A stretch of 58,708 nucleotides of DNA, filler included, from Nemertoderma westbladi (GCA_032718475.1; 3 parts of 3 records of this genome joined end to end with filler, not necessarily neighbours in it); one strand, 5' to 3'. Numbered from the whole stretch's first letter, positions 25,271 through 38,867 are shown. Numbers and translations: made by a program. Notes: generated by a model from the sequence alone, not told the origin.

Positions 25271-27892
25271 GAAAAGTAGCACTAGATATTGTCTTGAACT
25301 CATCTAGTTCATCTCATACGATGAAAATCCTGATTTTATGAAGAATCATTTAGAAATTAAACTTTGCAGCATGCATTACGTTATCTGGCAGCTCTGCAAT
25401 GAGATGCTATGATGGCTTAACAATAAATTTTGTGCCACCATCATGTAATGTACAATTGGCTTGCTATAATGCAGCATGCATTACGAAAAATGTATGTCAG
25501 CTTGTCAATAAAATTGAATCTCCACAACTATCCCCCATGACATTCACGAGATTATCCGCATCTTGAAAATAGTCTCCGTTGCTATAGTTAAGGGTCTGTA
25601 AAAAATAATGAAATTTATGATGGAATTTTTCAGAATGACTACTCAACCAACTGCTTCAAAAAATCCAACTATGGTTTAGATCGGAATTTGTGGGCAAAAA
25701 TATATACATCGCTCAGTCTATTATGGGGGATGGTGTATATGATATATATTATATGGATTTTATATGATACAATTACAGGCGCTATCTGACTGATTGATAT
25801 TGCTTTTATTCTTAAATTGTCATTTTTTCGCTCGAATATACCCCAAAATCGGAAGAAAAAGTTTCACTTTTTTGCCTAGGGGAAAAAGTAATCAATAGAT
25901 ATTATATTGATTTTTATATTTTATATTGATTTTACTTTTTTCCCAGCGAAAAAAGTAAAGTAAAATATTTTTGGTGGAATATTTTAAATGTATTATTTAT
26001 TATATATTAAATGTATATCACATGTATTGAAAGAGCATCGACGTAGAAAATGTTTGAAAGTAATTTGAGCGAAATCCATTCACCCACTCAAAAGTTATTG
26101 CAACTTTAGTGCCTGCGCGGCGTACACCAAAACGGACCTCAATATCCAATATTGGTTTATGTAGTTAAGCGGCTCTCTAGTTACATAATAAATATTCGAG
26201 AACACTAAATTAGTTTAGCATTGAGTAAGCCAACATCGAGAGTTGAAGCATGTCCTACCATTGCCTACTATATACTATTGTTATTATTATTATGTTTTAT
26301 TATGTTGTTGTATTATTGTATATGTGTTGTTGTTATATTATTATGTTACTATTATTATACTATACTATATTGTATATATTAGGCCATGGTTGAAGAATAA
26401 AATAATTTGAATCGCAGTAACTATGGAAGCAATATAGTAAAATACTACAATTCAATTTATTTTGTAACACTATTGTACTATAGTATATCGCTATGTTTTA
26501 TTACAGAATTTAGCAACAAAAAGTACCAATTTAAAAATAAAATTACGTATTACATGGGAAAAAACGTGGAACAATTTTTTTTCAATTTTCTCTCGACCCT
26601 TTATTAACCTCGCTGATGCTGCACTCGGTAAATAAAATGCCTCGAGAATAATTAAAAAAAGTTCTACTTTTTTCCCATGTAATAAATAATTATTATTGTA
26701 TATTGGTTATGGACAGTATAATATGGTATCAAAGACTTCAGTTCAATCTCTAGAAAACGTATGTCATGTGACTTATAAAAGTCATAATAAAAGTCATTAA
26801 ATAGCAAAAAAGTAGGCTAGAGTTCCGTTTGTATTAACATTTTCAGTAAAAGTTTTTGATGCATTGCATTACAAATTTTAATACTAATAATGATGTATAT
26901 GAATGAGTACTTGATCTTGGCAGATCTAGCTCATGAATTTTATGGTAGCTAGTATTTTTTGAAAATTAAAAAATAATAAAAATGTTAAAAAAATTAATAA
27001 TGTTTTTGAGTGTTTTTATTAGATATTGGTGAATGTTCTAGAACCATAGTATATATTTTTATTGTATTGGATCTATTGTTTTTTTTACTAGCTAGTAGGC
27101 CGCCATAATTAATATTATTTTTAAGTGTCTTTTAGATATTGGTGAATGTTCTAAAACCGTAGTATATATTTTTTTTATGGTACTTAGTATTTTTTGAAAT
27201 TTTAAAAATACGATGATTTATTTTATTTTTGTTAATTGTAAGTGTTATAGAACATTACTTCAGAAAAATTAAAAAAATTTATGTTCTAGAACAAAAAATA
27301 TTTGTTCTCGAACATTTGTTAGAGGATCCAATTCGCTGCACTACCTAGTGGAAAATGGGGAAGGTGGCAATTAACCAATTATAGTTGTCTAGGAGACATT
27401 ACCAATATAATGTCACCTACAAACGCACTGGGCAATACACATTGCCAATTGGTTAGGGAGAAATGACAGGTTACAAGCCATCTCGGGGGGGGGGGGGGGG
27501 GGGGGGGTGTGAGAAAGAAAGCTTTAACATGCACACATAGATTATGGATTGCCAGAGGGAAGATTAGATTAGCCAATGCTGGGGCAGTTCCCATCTGATT
27601 AATGCGCATTCAATGGCCAGGCCAAACTGTAGGTATCAATATTCCATGTGTGTAATAATATAACCGTTGTCTTTATTACCTGTTGTTTAGTTGGCTTATA
27701 CGAGTGTGGAAGTAAGACGGTTTAAACCGTCGTCATTAACCGTGCTATTATTGTATACTGATTGTGCTATATTGTATTCTGACATCTTATTAATTGTATC
27801 GCTACATTGGCAATTCCAGAAGTGTTGTTCAAAGCGATCCCTTTAGATTTACAGACGGGGAAACTGATTAAACTCGACCGACTCTAGTCTCC

Positions 27893-27992
27893 NNNNNNNN
27901 NNNNNNNNNNNNNNNNNNNNNNNNNNNNNNNNNNNNTTAATTAATTAANNNNNNNNNNNNNNNNNNNNNNNNNNNNNNNNNNNNNNNNNNNN
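27893..27992. other. Artificial scaffold gap spacer
   Basis: 44 N + TTAATTAATTAA (stops in all frames) + 44 N; identical construct at 45544-45643. Confidence 0.98.
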
Positions 27993-28087
27993 GCGACGAC
28001 ACATCGGCGCTGAGGATCTCGTACTGTCCGGGGGTTGATTGGGGTAGGCAGCGACGCCCGCTCGCCTAAATATAAACTCATTATAAT

Positions 28088-28417
28088 ATGGATAAACTCA
28101 TATATAGCAGATATGACGGAGTTGATAGAAGATGGTCTTGGTATCGGGGAGCGATATACTCTACTTTACAAGCGTTTGTTGATAGCTTAATACGCGGCGA
28201 CGTTAGTCCAACTGCTGCGGAGGACGATGGTCGTTATATCGAACCGACAATGTCCCAAGTGCAGCTCTCGCGCGAGTTGGACTATAGAAAATTCGCTGCT
28301 CGATATACGCAGCGTAATGGTACGTATATGGTCTTCTTAACTACTGGTCATCCTATCGATTTACACAATACGGACTATGTCGACTATATATCCTGCCCAG
28401 CGGAGTCGGAACCATAA
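28088..28417 (+). CDS. Hypothetical intronless 109-aa ORF in a CpG-rich segment
   Basis: TATAAA just upstream of ataatATGG; protein-like composition; no recognised motif. Confidence 0.3.
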   Translation: MDKLIYSRYDGVDRRWSWYRGAIYSTLQAFVDSLIRGDVSPTAAEDDGRYIEPTMSQVQLSRELDYRKFAARYTQRNGTYMVFLTTGHPIDLHNTDYVDYISCPAESEP

Positions 28418-31065
28418 ACTGAAATTCGAATGCGAAAATTCTATTCGAAATCGACTCGAAAGAAAAGACACTAAAGAAACAAATGGACGCGGTAACTCCA
28501 AAGTATATTTGGAATTCTTGATAGAAGCATTGTAACAACAAATAAATGTCACCCGCGTTTACCCTACCAGACGTGCGTCTTTGGTATTATTACGATAAAC
28601 GCCCTAGACCCAAATAATAAACGGAAAGACATAAACATCCATGTAAACCGAAACTTGTTGACGTATCACCTATGCTCACTCGGCTCGAACGATCCTGGAG
28701 TAAACCTACGATCAGAGTCCCGGAATACTCGGTCAAACCTCCTCATTCCTTAGTTGGACCTCAGACCTGCGATCCTGGTGGTGTCGCGGATCCTCGCGGA
28801 CTGTATTCACTGTTCAAAGATCTAGTGCTACCCTAACAATTAATCGGTAACACTCCGACAGTGATTTCTAGCTAGCCGCCCATCTTACCTAGCTGGATTA
28901 TGACGCAGACACCTAATATCATTATCCAACCGTATGGTCGTCCCGTTTAACGCGATACAACCCTTCATCAAAGTGAAGGAGAGCGTTGTACGAAACGAGT
29001 TAAACGCTATTCTATAAAGATCAAAAAAGAAACCTGCGTTTGTTCAGATAAACGTAAGTTATAACAGTAAGTCCAATCGATAAACGAATTGTCTTTATCT
29101 CAGTTCGATTGTGAAATCCAGAATCTCTAAGAAGATATCGCACTTAGACAACCCCATTCTCTGCGAGAGTTTTTGGATGAACGTATCCAGCTACGAGCGG
29201 AGGAAAATCAGCTCGAGGAGAAGCATATCGAAACGGCGGATACCCCGACCACAATCCTACACCTTCTGATGCAATCATATTGCACCCTTCACCCAGGAGT
29301 TATGGCCCTCCTAGTAAAGTGGCTCCCCCCAAAGAGAGAAAGACTCTTGCTAGCCTCAAAAAACTGCGTAAACGCCGTCTGCGTAAGAAAGACTAACTGT
29401 TTAGAGTATCTTTATGTTTTAGAAACTGTGATTTTTATATTTTATAGACTGAAAATCCCATTTTCTGGGAGCGGTGTAAAAGCTTTTACTGAATTGTCCG
29501 GTTATTTTTCCTTATTTTTCCCGTAAAGTACTCTGTAGTTGGTTTACCAGGCATAAAAAGGCCGTGTCCTTGCTGTACTGGTGTTTTAGCGGCATAAGAG
29601 CTATTTCTTCTGTATTTGTACTTTAGAGGACATAATCCGTAATTCCGTGACGTAAAAGCTCGATACTCTTGAAAACAGTGCCGCTACCATGACGACGGCT
29701 AGCAGCTGATATTGCCACGTCGACGTTTCTTTGTTTCTCTGTTCTCTCGTTGTTCAGGTTGACCAATCAGAGCGTTTGTTGTCTTTGTGTTGGAGGTATA
29801 TACAGAAACTCAGTAGTTCAGTGTTATGTTTTTTGCCCAGAGCCTAAGAACCGGCTTTGGCACCTCCGTGTTTTTAGTTTTTAGTCTTACACTAGTAGGT
29901 TTAATTATAAAGGGCATATATCCTTTAACCTACCTGACTCATGGAATCACTGCTAACTGATCATACATACTGACTGCTGAAACATTGCAAACTCATAACA
30001 ATCAGTGTTTTCATTGTTGTTTTATACTGCTATTTACCGTCAGTTCTTCATAATATGGTTGATGAATAATTATATTTGGAATAACGATAAATAACCCCGA
30101 AACCCAATATTCTTGATATACCGAAGGTAAGAGAGAAGGGTTACAGATAAACGATTGTGACTTATGTTAAAGTGGTTTGAAGTGAATCTAATGTTATTTG
30201 ATAGACCCTACATGAGTCAGTCTGTGTTCCTTTTATATGTGACTAAAATCAGTGAAGATTGGCAGATTAGTGTGCAGTATTGTGCAGCATTGTGTATGAG
30301 TGAGTCTGTTAAAGAAGCAATTCCTAAAGAATGCGCCATATATGTGAATTATAATTAAGCCATATCGTTGTGAGTAGTTTAAGTCATAGCTCTGTTTATA
30401 TAGATAAAGCGCCACGTCCTAAAGGAACTGTTAATATTCCCGAAGGTGAATAATATTGTCAGAGATTATATAATACTGTCAGTCGAATAATACATTAGGC
30501 TTACATAGCAATAAAATTAAACCGTCGAACCCAATCTCCCGGGAATATCCAGCGGGTGAATGGTTGCGCACGGATTGGTTTCGACTAGTGTAGTGAATCA
30601 AATACTTGTCATAGACTAAAAACTGATTTAATATCTAGAAGACATCTTAATTTGGTGGGTTAAACTGCCAAAGGTCTGAAAGCGCGAACACCCCCCTTAA
30701 GCGCTCAATGAGCACAGGTGCGCATTTCAAATATTCCCGCTAATGTGGACCAATAAACACCCAATCGGATAGAAAATGCGGTTTGAGCATTCCTTGTGCA
30801 GTCTTGAAATGCGGGAGGAAAAATGTCGTGTTTTCCTGCAGTGCGGATGTGTATAGTGACGTAATAATTCATTTTTGATAAAAACTGACGTCATATCTTG
30901 TTTCCATGGCGTCAACTTATGTCACATATGATTTTTTATGTGTGAGCACCGGAGCTCAAATAGGAGGTTATTGCAGTGATTAAACTGATCAGTCGTAATA
31001 ATCAATATATGTAATATATTACATTTATTGATTATTATTAATATTAAAAAGATTTGGTGGGCAAA

Positions 31066-31507
31066 TGTGGATCTTACCACTGAGTTCCAAAACGGTTCCG
31101 AGGATGGTTACGAGGTTGTTACTCGACGGAGACGCACCCGCCGATTTGGTGTAGGATCAGGAAGCTTTCCGAATAGCTCGCTAACGGTTGTACAGAGACC
31201 GAGAGTCCCTACTCGCATTTTCGCATCCCGGTTTGGACTCGCTACGACTTTGGATATGATCTCAAATTTTTTGCTTCAGGAGCATGAAATCTCAGTGGAC
31301 TCAATAATCGACAACCCTGATGTAAGTGAGTCTCGCACCTACAACTCGTTTATCATCACCTGCAGGTCGGAGGAGGATGTTCCTGAACTGCTAGACCCTG
31401 CAAGTTGGCCGGAGGGTACCTTGGTGAAGAAATATTTCTCACCTTCAGGTTCAACAGCGGGTCGCATCAATGCTACTGAAGTTCCGTCCCGAAATCCTGA
31501 TGAATAA
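31066..31507 (+). CDS. C-terminal part of LINE ORF1 (RRM-like)
   Basis: IFASRF..TTLDMISNFL..YNSFIITC..LLDPASWPEGTLVKKYF directly upstream of an APE-RT ORF2. Confidence 0.75.
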
Positions 31508-33019
31508 TATTCATAGCGAAGACCTTTAAGTTGTGTTCGTATAATTGCTCTGGTCTTAATAATAATCGCCTGGTAATTGACGACTTATGCAATACTCATG
31601 ATATTGTTTTCCTACAGGAAACGTGGCTCTATCAGCAAGACCTATTTAACCTAAATAATATACATAACGATTTTTTTGGACTGGGAATTTCCTCGGTTGA
31701 CCTATCCGATGGGCCCCGTGTTGGGCGGCCTCATGGGGGCCTTGCGGTTCTCTTTAGGAAAAAACTGTCTTCTTGCATTAAATTAATTAATACTAATAAT
31801 AACCGTATACTAGGATGTGTAATTAATGATAAATTACCTAATTCTACCATTTTTCTAAACATTTATTTTCCGTGTGACAGCTATGATAATGCTGACTTAT
31901 TTGACGACCTATTGGGCCAATGTGAAGCCATTGTTTCTGAATTCCCTAGTAGTCGTACTTGTATATTAGGGGATTTTAACGCTGACCCTGGTCGCAACTT
32001 TGGAGCTAAACTTAAAAGTTTCTGTGTAGACGCAGAGTTAACATTGGTAGACCTTGAGCTATTGCCTTGTAATTCTTTCAGTTTCATAAGTAACGTTCAT
32101 GATACTGTGTCTTGGCTTGACCATATTTTATCCTCTAAAGATTTTTATAGTAATATAGTAAGTGTTAACCTACTGTATAGTTTAGTGGGTGATGGCCATG
32201 TGCCACTATCCATCTCCTGTCAATTATATCGTACAATTGAATATGACTCAGTGCTTCCTGGTGCATCTGTACATAGGGCTAATTGGGCTAAGGCGACGCC
32301 TGAAAATCTCCGAAGTTATTCCAATAATGTAAACAATTTGCTATGTAACTTAGATCTCCCTGAGGAGGCTATTTATTGTTGTGATGTGCACTGTTGTAAC
32401 CGTGACCACAATGCCTCCCTCGTTAAATGCTACTCTAATGTTGTAAATGCTCTACAAAACGCGACCCGATCTAATATTCCCTCTAACAAAGCTGGAGTGC
32501 ATAAAAACCCTCCTATTCCAGGTTGGAATGATCTTGTAAAAGAAAAACGCTCTGCCTCTCTAGAAGCCTTCCATATATGGCGAGAAAACGGTCGCCCGCG
32601 TTCCGGAATTCTCTGGGAAGTTAAAAGGAAATCCTCTGCCCAATATAAACTTGCTCTTAGGAATTGTAGAAAGCAAGAATCTACTTTACGGAATGATAAA
32701 CTCGCTAAGTCGTTTCTTGGTTCTTCTAAAGATTTTTGGCGCAATGTCAAGGCACATAATAATTCAAAATTACCGCGTGCTAGTAATGTTGGCGGGGCTC
32801 ACTCCGAAGCTGAGATCTCTGACTGTATCTGCGGATCCTATTGATATTTCATTTCTAAATAATACCTTTACCTCTTGGGATGGGTCCGATAGGCCGCATA
32901 TAAGTGCGGCGAATGTGACCGATGCAATTAAGGACCTTGAGCCTGGAAAGGCAGCTGGCCCCGACGGTATATGTCCCGAATTTCTGAAATTTGCAGGAAA
33001 TCGCCTCCCTGTTATATTA
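31500..33019 (+). mobile_element. LINE ORF2, 5' part (APE endonuclease, linker, RT start); clade unresolved
   Basis: SYNCSGL, DIVFLQETWL, GRPHGG, ILGDFNA, SWLDHIL, GDGHVPL, then GKAAGPDGICPEFLK; breaks after NRLPVIL. Confidence 0.92.
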
Positions 33020-36000
33020 TATGGCATACTTTTAGTATTTTTATTCGACATTTTATTTCCCCTTGATATTCTTCTGAATTTAGTCGCGAGATAAATGATT
33101 AAACACGCGAGAAAATAATTAATCTCGCGAGATAAATGATTAAACTCGCGAGAAAATAATTAATCTCGCGAGATAAATGATTAAACTCGCGAGATAAATG
33201 ATTAAACTCGCGAGAAAATAATTAATCTCGAGAGATAAATGATTAAACTCGCGAGAAAATAATTAATCTCGCGAGATAAATGATTAAACTCGCGAGAAAA
33301 TAATTAATCTCGCGAGATAAATGATTAAACTCGCGAGAAAATAATTAATCTCGCGAGATAAATTATTAAACTCGCGAGAAAATAATTAATCTCGCGAGAT
33401 AAATGATTAAACTCGCGAGAAAATAATTAATCTCGCGAGATAAATGATTAAACTCGCGAGATAAATGATTAAACTCGCGAGAAAATAATTAATCTCGAGA
33501 GATAAATGATTAAACTCGCGAGAAAATAATTAATCTCGCGAGATAAATGATTAAACTCGCGAGATAATGATTAAACTCGCGAGAAAATAATTAATCTCGA
33601 GAGATAAATGATTAAACTCGCGAGATAAATGATTAAACTCGCGAGAAAATAATTAATCTCGCGAGATAAATGATTAAACTCGCGAGATAAATGATTAAAC
33701 TCGCGAGAAAATAATTAATCTCGAGAGATAAATGATTAAACTCGCGAGAAAATAATTAATCTCGCGAGATAAATGATTAAACTCGCGAGATAAATGATTA
33801 AACTCGCGAGAAAATAATTAATCTCGCGAGATAAATGATTAAACTCGCGAGATAAATGATTAAACTCGCGAGAAAATAATTAATCTCGAGAGATAAATGA
33901 TTAAACTCGCGAGAAAATAATTAATCTCGCGAGATAAATTATTAAACTCGCGAGAAAATAATTAATCTCGCGAGATAAATGATTAAACTCGCGAGAAAAT
34001 AATTAATCTCGCGAGATAAATGATTAAACTCGCGAGATAAATGATTAAACTCGCGAGAAAATAATTAATCTCGAGAGATAAATGATTAAACTCGCGAGAA
34101 AATAATTAATCTCGAGAGATAAATGATTAAACTCGCGAGATAAATGATTAAACTCGCGAGAAAATAATTAATCTCGCGAGATAAATGATTAAACTCGCGA
34201 GATAAATGATTAAACTCGCGAGAAAATAATTAATCTCGAGAGATAAATGATTAAACTCGCGAGAAAATAATTAATCTCGAGAGATAAATGATTAAACTCG
34301 CGAGATAAATGATTAAACTCGCGAGAAAATAATTAATCTCGAGAGATAAATGATTAAACTCGCGAGATAAATGATTAAACTCGCGAGAAAATAATTAATC
34401 TCGCGAGATAAATGATTAAACTCGCGAGATAAATGATTAAACTCGCGAGAAAATAATTAATCTCGAGAGATAAATGATTAAACTCGCGAGAAAATAATTA
34501 ATCTCGCGAGATAAATGATTAAACTCGCGAGATAAATGATTAAACTCGCGAGAAAATAATTAATCTCGCGAGATAAATGATTAAACTCGCGAGATAAATG
34601 ATTAAACTCGCGAGAAAATAATTAATCTCGAGAGATAAATGATTAAACTCGCGAGAAAATAATTAATCTCGCGAGATAAATTATTAAACTCGCGAGAAAA
34701 TAATTAATCTCGCGAGATAAATGATTAAACTCGCGAGAAAATAATTAATCTCGCGAGATAAATGATTAAACTCGCGAGATAAATTATTAAACTCGCGAGA
34801 AAATAATTAATCTCGAGAGATAAATGATTAAACTCGCGAGAAAATAATTAATCTCGAGAGATAAATGATTAAACTCGCGAGATAAATGATTAAACTCGCG
34901 AGAAAATAATTAATCTCGAGAGATAAATGATTAAACTCGCGAGATAAATGATTAAACTCGCGAGAAAATAATTAATCTCGAGAGATAAATGATTAAACTC
35001 GCGAGATAAATGATTAAACTCGCGAGAAAATAATTAATCTCGAGAGATAAATGATTAAACTCGCGAGATAAATGATTAAACTCGCGAGAAAATAATTAAT
35101 CTCGAGAGATAAATGATTAAACTCGCGAGAAAATAATTAATCTCGCGAGATAAATGATTAAACTCGCGAGATAAATGATTAAACTCGCGAGAAAATAATT
35201 AATCTCGCGAGATAAATGATTAAACTCGCGAGATAAATGATTAAACTCGCGAGAAAATAATTAATCTCGAGAGATAAATGATTAAACTCGCGAGAAAATA
35301 ATTAATCTCGCGAGATAAATTATTAAACTCGCGAGAAAATAATTAATCTCGCGAGATAAATGATTAAACTCGCGAGAAAATAATTAATCTCGCGAGATAA
35401 ATGATTAAACTCGCGAGATAAATGATTAAACTCGCGAGAAAATAATTAATCTCGAGAGATAAATGATTAAACTCGCGAGAAAATAATTAATCTCGAGAGA
35501 TAAATGATTAAACTCGCGAGATAAATGATTAAACTCGCGAGAAAATAATTAATCTCGAGAGATAAATGATTAAACTCGCGAGATAAATGATTAAACTCGC
35601 GAGAAAATAATTAATCTCGAGAGATAAATGATTAAACTCGCGAGATAAATGATTAAACTCGCGAGAAAATAATTAATCTCGAGAGATAAATGATTAAACT
35701 CGCGAGATAAATGATTAAACTCGCGAGAAAATAATTAATCTCGAGAGATAAATGATTAAACTCGCGAGAAAATAATTAATCTCGCGAGATAAATGATTAA
35801 ACTCGCGAGATAAATGATTAAACTCGCGAGAAAATAATTAATCTCGCGAGATAAATGATTAAACTCGCGAGATAAATGATTAAACTCGCGAGAAAATAAT
35901 TAATCTCGAGAGATAAATGATTAAACTCGCGAGAAAATAATTAATCTCGCGAGATAAATTATTAAACTCGCGAGAAAATAATTAATCTCGCGAGATAAAT

Positions 36001-36560
36001 GATTAAACTCGCGAGAAAATAATTAATCTCGCGAGATAAATGATTAAACTCGCGAGATAAATGATTAAACTCGCGAGAAAATAATTAATCTCGAGAGATA
36101 AATGATTAAACTCGCGAGAAAATAATTAATCTCGAGAGATAAATGATTAGACCCCTCAAATGTTCATGACATATATTGTTTACATACGGCATTCAAGCAG
36201 CGCATCAATACAGCACTGAATGAATTCGTTATTGGGTGGAATAATCACGGTTTGCGCACTGAACACTACTGGACTCCGCGAAAGATTTTCGTAAATAGTC
36301 GACTTCAAGATACCTCCATAGAGGACGAGCCAGGTGAAGTAAGTAATTATGGAATAGACTGGGAGGGTCCTGTAGTGGACGAACAACAATCTGTTGTTGA
36401 TGTGACCCATCAATATTCCCCTATCTGTAGAAGCTGAACAACGTTTACTGGGCGAAATTGCAGAACTGTTTGACAACAATGGTAACCATAACAATGGCCT
36501 TGACTGCTACCTATATTGCAAGGAATTTGTGGTTAATAATACAATTCTTGATTCTAACTG
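33020..36560 (+). mobile_element. Second, internally deleted IS3EU-like element (left end, satellite, transposase C-terminus)
   Basis: Starts TATGGCATAC exactly where LINE coding stops; 36150-36560 encodes LNEFVIGWNNHGLRTEHYWTPRKIF..NYGIDWEGP..NGLDCY, resembling LDIFVGHWNDHRIRSQK of the first transposase. Right end not found. Confidence 0.6.
33085..36149. repeat. 3-kb satellite of two alternating 21-bp units with a CTCGCGAG palindromic core
   Basis: Units aaatgattaaactcgcgaga(t/a) and aaataattaatctcg(c/a)gagat arranged in 42- and 63-bp higher-order patterns. Confidence 0.98.
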
Positions 36561-36626
36561 AACAATAATTGTTCTCCTTATTTTCTTTCCATTTTCTTTA
36601 TAATAATGCGAGAACCTAAGAAAAGT

Positions 36627-38867
36627 TCAGATAGGGCCTGAATCAAAGGCCTTGAAGAAGTCAACAAAGATGACAGCCAGATGCCTGTCTTTTTGTTTCG
36701 ATAACTCTTCAATTATCCTTCTAAGTGCCAAAATGGGCTCCATGGTCCCACGACCTTTACGGAACCCATTCTGATTTCCACGTAGCAGTCTCTCAATGGG
36801 ATCCCTGATGCGATTTAATAGAATTCTATTGTATAGTTTTGCAGCAATCGAGATCAATGAGATTCCCCGAAAAGAACCATAGAGTGTTAGGTTGCCCTTC
36901 TTGGGAACTGGCACCAACTTATTTGTTTTCATTTCTTGTGGGACTCTTGTTGTTCGGTACATGTCTACTATGATGGGATAAATGAGCTTTAAACACTCAG
37001 GTATTTTAAAGACCTCAGGGGGAACACCATCTACTCCACTGGCACGATTGGTCTTAATGCTCTTTGCAGCAGCCTTCACTTCTGCAAAGGAGATATCGCC
37101 AATGGGAATATCTGGGAGTACAGACTCAGACACTTTTACTTCTATAAAGTTATCAGGCAATACCCTGTCATTATTGAGGAGCTTTTCAAAGTGGGCTTTC
37201 CAACCATTGAGGCGATCGGCTGGTGATTCAGCCTTAACCTTGGTGGTTGGTTGGCTTTTCCGCCCAGTAAGCAGATTGATCGATTTCCATGCTTGGGATG
37301 ATTGCCTGCTGTCGTCAGCATCATTGATGGCATCAACCTGTTGGTTTATTAGCTCCTGTAGATTAACAGAGTACTGCCTGTTCAGGGACCTAGATGCAGC
37401 TTTTACTGCATTCTTGGCCGCTGTAGTCTGTTTGAGTCGGGACTCTTTCTGCGCCTTATGAAGGTCATTTCGGCACTTCTGAATTTTGTTGTCAGTCCAG
37501 GGGGCCCTTTTCCTGTTTTGAGGGTATACAGGAACTGTTTCTGCAGCTGCTAACTTAACTGCTTCTGTAAAGGCAGTATAGCTCTCACAGTGATCTGCCG
37601 CCTCAGAGGCAAGAGCCTCATACCTGTTGCTCAGCTGTAGTGTGAAGCTGGATCTCACACTTGGCTGTTGCAACAGAGAGGACCAGTCATGCCGTGGCAA
37701 GGCAGATTTCGTTGTTCTGCTAGCACGCAGACTAAGTCTTACCTTGGCCACAATAAGGCGGTGATCACTGGAGAAGGGTCGAAGTGTAAATGCATTACAG
37801 TCTTGTATAGAGCTCCTGTATTTCCTACGAAACAGAATATGGTCTATCTGGGACTTGTGACCACTGGGTCCACTATGAGTCCATAGCTTTCCAGTTCGCT
37901 TCTTGAACTGGGATCCAGCCGAAAACAATCCATTTCCAGAGATAAAATCCTGAAGTTGGACAGAATTTCGGTTAACACTATTGCTATAGACCCAGGGCGA
38001 TGTAGGTGATTGATGCAGACTTGCATTAAAGTCTCCCAGGAATGTTAAGAATGCATGCTGATCCACTCCATCAGTTGCTGCTTGTAGATTGTGGTAGAAA
38101 TTTTCCACCTCCTCTACAGGGGCAACACTAGTTGGAGAGTAGCACACAATCAGAACCACCTTAGGAAACTTCTTAGCCAGTCTTCCAGAACATGAGAAGT
38201 GGCAACGGATGATGCGGTTAGAGATTTGGTCTATTTTGTCCAATGCTGCATGTGCAGTTGGATTCATCAATAGATCAATTCCACCATTGCCACTATCATC
38301 TGCTGACGCGAGGGCGAGTCGCCAACCGCCCCCCATGTCCTTAATCAGAACCTCATCAGTCTGTCCAGTCTGCATTCGGTGCTCTTGAACACCCACTGCG
38401 CTAAGAGAAAGCTTATCTGCCAAGGCAGTCAGCTCACCTTGTCGCATTGGGGACCCGAGTGTTAGGGTGTTTACTGAGGCTAGTCTAGTGACTTGCCTCA
38501 GATTCACCAATGGCTTTGTTGGTCGGGGTGGAACATGAGAGTAGCCTCCAACTCCTGAATCCCTCTCCCCATCACAATCTGGCCTCCCTGGTGACCCAGG
38601 GTTTGGGCCAGAAAGGTCATCAGGAAAGGGACTCAAAGAATTGTTGGCTGCTCTCTCTCCAGTAGGGGGTGAGACAGGCAGCCGGTCAGGAGTTAACTGA
38701 CGCCTGTGAGGCCGATTGTGTCCGGTAATTCCACTGGCCTCTAGTGGCCGGACCTCCGCATTGCTAATGTAATCCATAGTGGGGGTTGGGGGGTGCTTTT
38801 TTGCCGAGTCAGCTCTCGGGGCAAATACCACACCCTGGTTTGCCATTCCACAGGGTGGGTGTCGCAA
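36627..38867 (-). CDS. RTE-like LINE ORF (APE endonuclease + first half of RT), 3'-truncated
   Basis: ASVNTLTL, VGVQEHR, CYSPT, LGDFNA, SQIDHIL, SDHRLI, PKKGNL..FRGISL, QNGFRKGR, VIFVDFFKAFDS then abrupt end; 5'-UTR probably extends to ~39270. Confidence 0.92.
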   Translation of the reverse strand: MRHPPCGMANQGVVFAPRADSAKKHPPTPTMDYISNAEVRPLEASGITGHNRPHRRQLTPDRLPVSPPTGERAANNSLSPFPDDLSGPNPGSPGRPDCDGERDSGVGGYSHVPPRPTKPLVNLRQVTRLASVNTLTLGSPMRQGELTALADKLSLSAVGVQEHRMQTGQTDEVLIKDMGGGWRLALASADDSGNGGIDLLMNPTAHAALDKIDQISNRIIRCHFSCSGRLAKKFPKVVLIVCYSPTSVAPVEEVENFYHNLQAATDGVDQHAFLTFLGDFNASLHQSPTSPWVYSNSVNRNSVQLQDFISGNGLFSAGSQFKKRTGKLWTHSGPSGHKSQIDHILFRRKYRSSIQDCNAFTLRPFSSDHRLIVAKVRLSLRASRTTKSALPRHDWSSLLQQPSVRSSFTLQLSNRYEALASEAADHCESYTAFTEAVKLAAAETVPVYPQNRKRAPWTDNKIQKCRNDLHKAQKESRLKQTTAAKNAVKAASRSLNRQYSVNLQELINQQVDAINDADDSRQSSQAWKSINLLTGRKSQPTTKVKAESPADRLNGWKAHFEKLLNNDRVLPDNFIEVKVSESVLPDIPIGDISFAEVKAAAKSIKTNRASGVDGVPPEVFKIPECLKLIYPIIVDMYRTTRVPQEMKTNKLVPVPKKGNLTLYGSFRGISLISIAAKLYNRILLNRIRDPIERLLRGNQNGFRKGRGTMEPILALRRIIEELSKQKDRHLAVIFVDFFKAFDSGPI

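Noticed and set aside
27937-27948. TTAATTAATTAA palindrome within Ns (also 45588-45599)
   Set aside because: Artificial contig linker; adjacency across these gaps is not evidence.
33085-36149. CRISPR-like array
   Set aside because: No unique spacers and no cas genes; eukaryotic satellite.
36982-37461. 159-aa plus-strand ORF
   Set aside because: Antisense to the RTE-like ORF.
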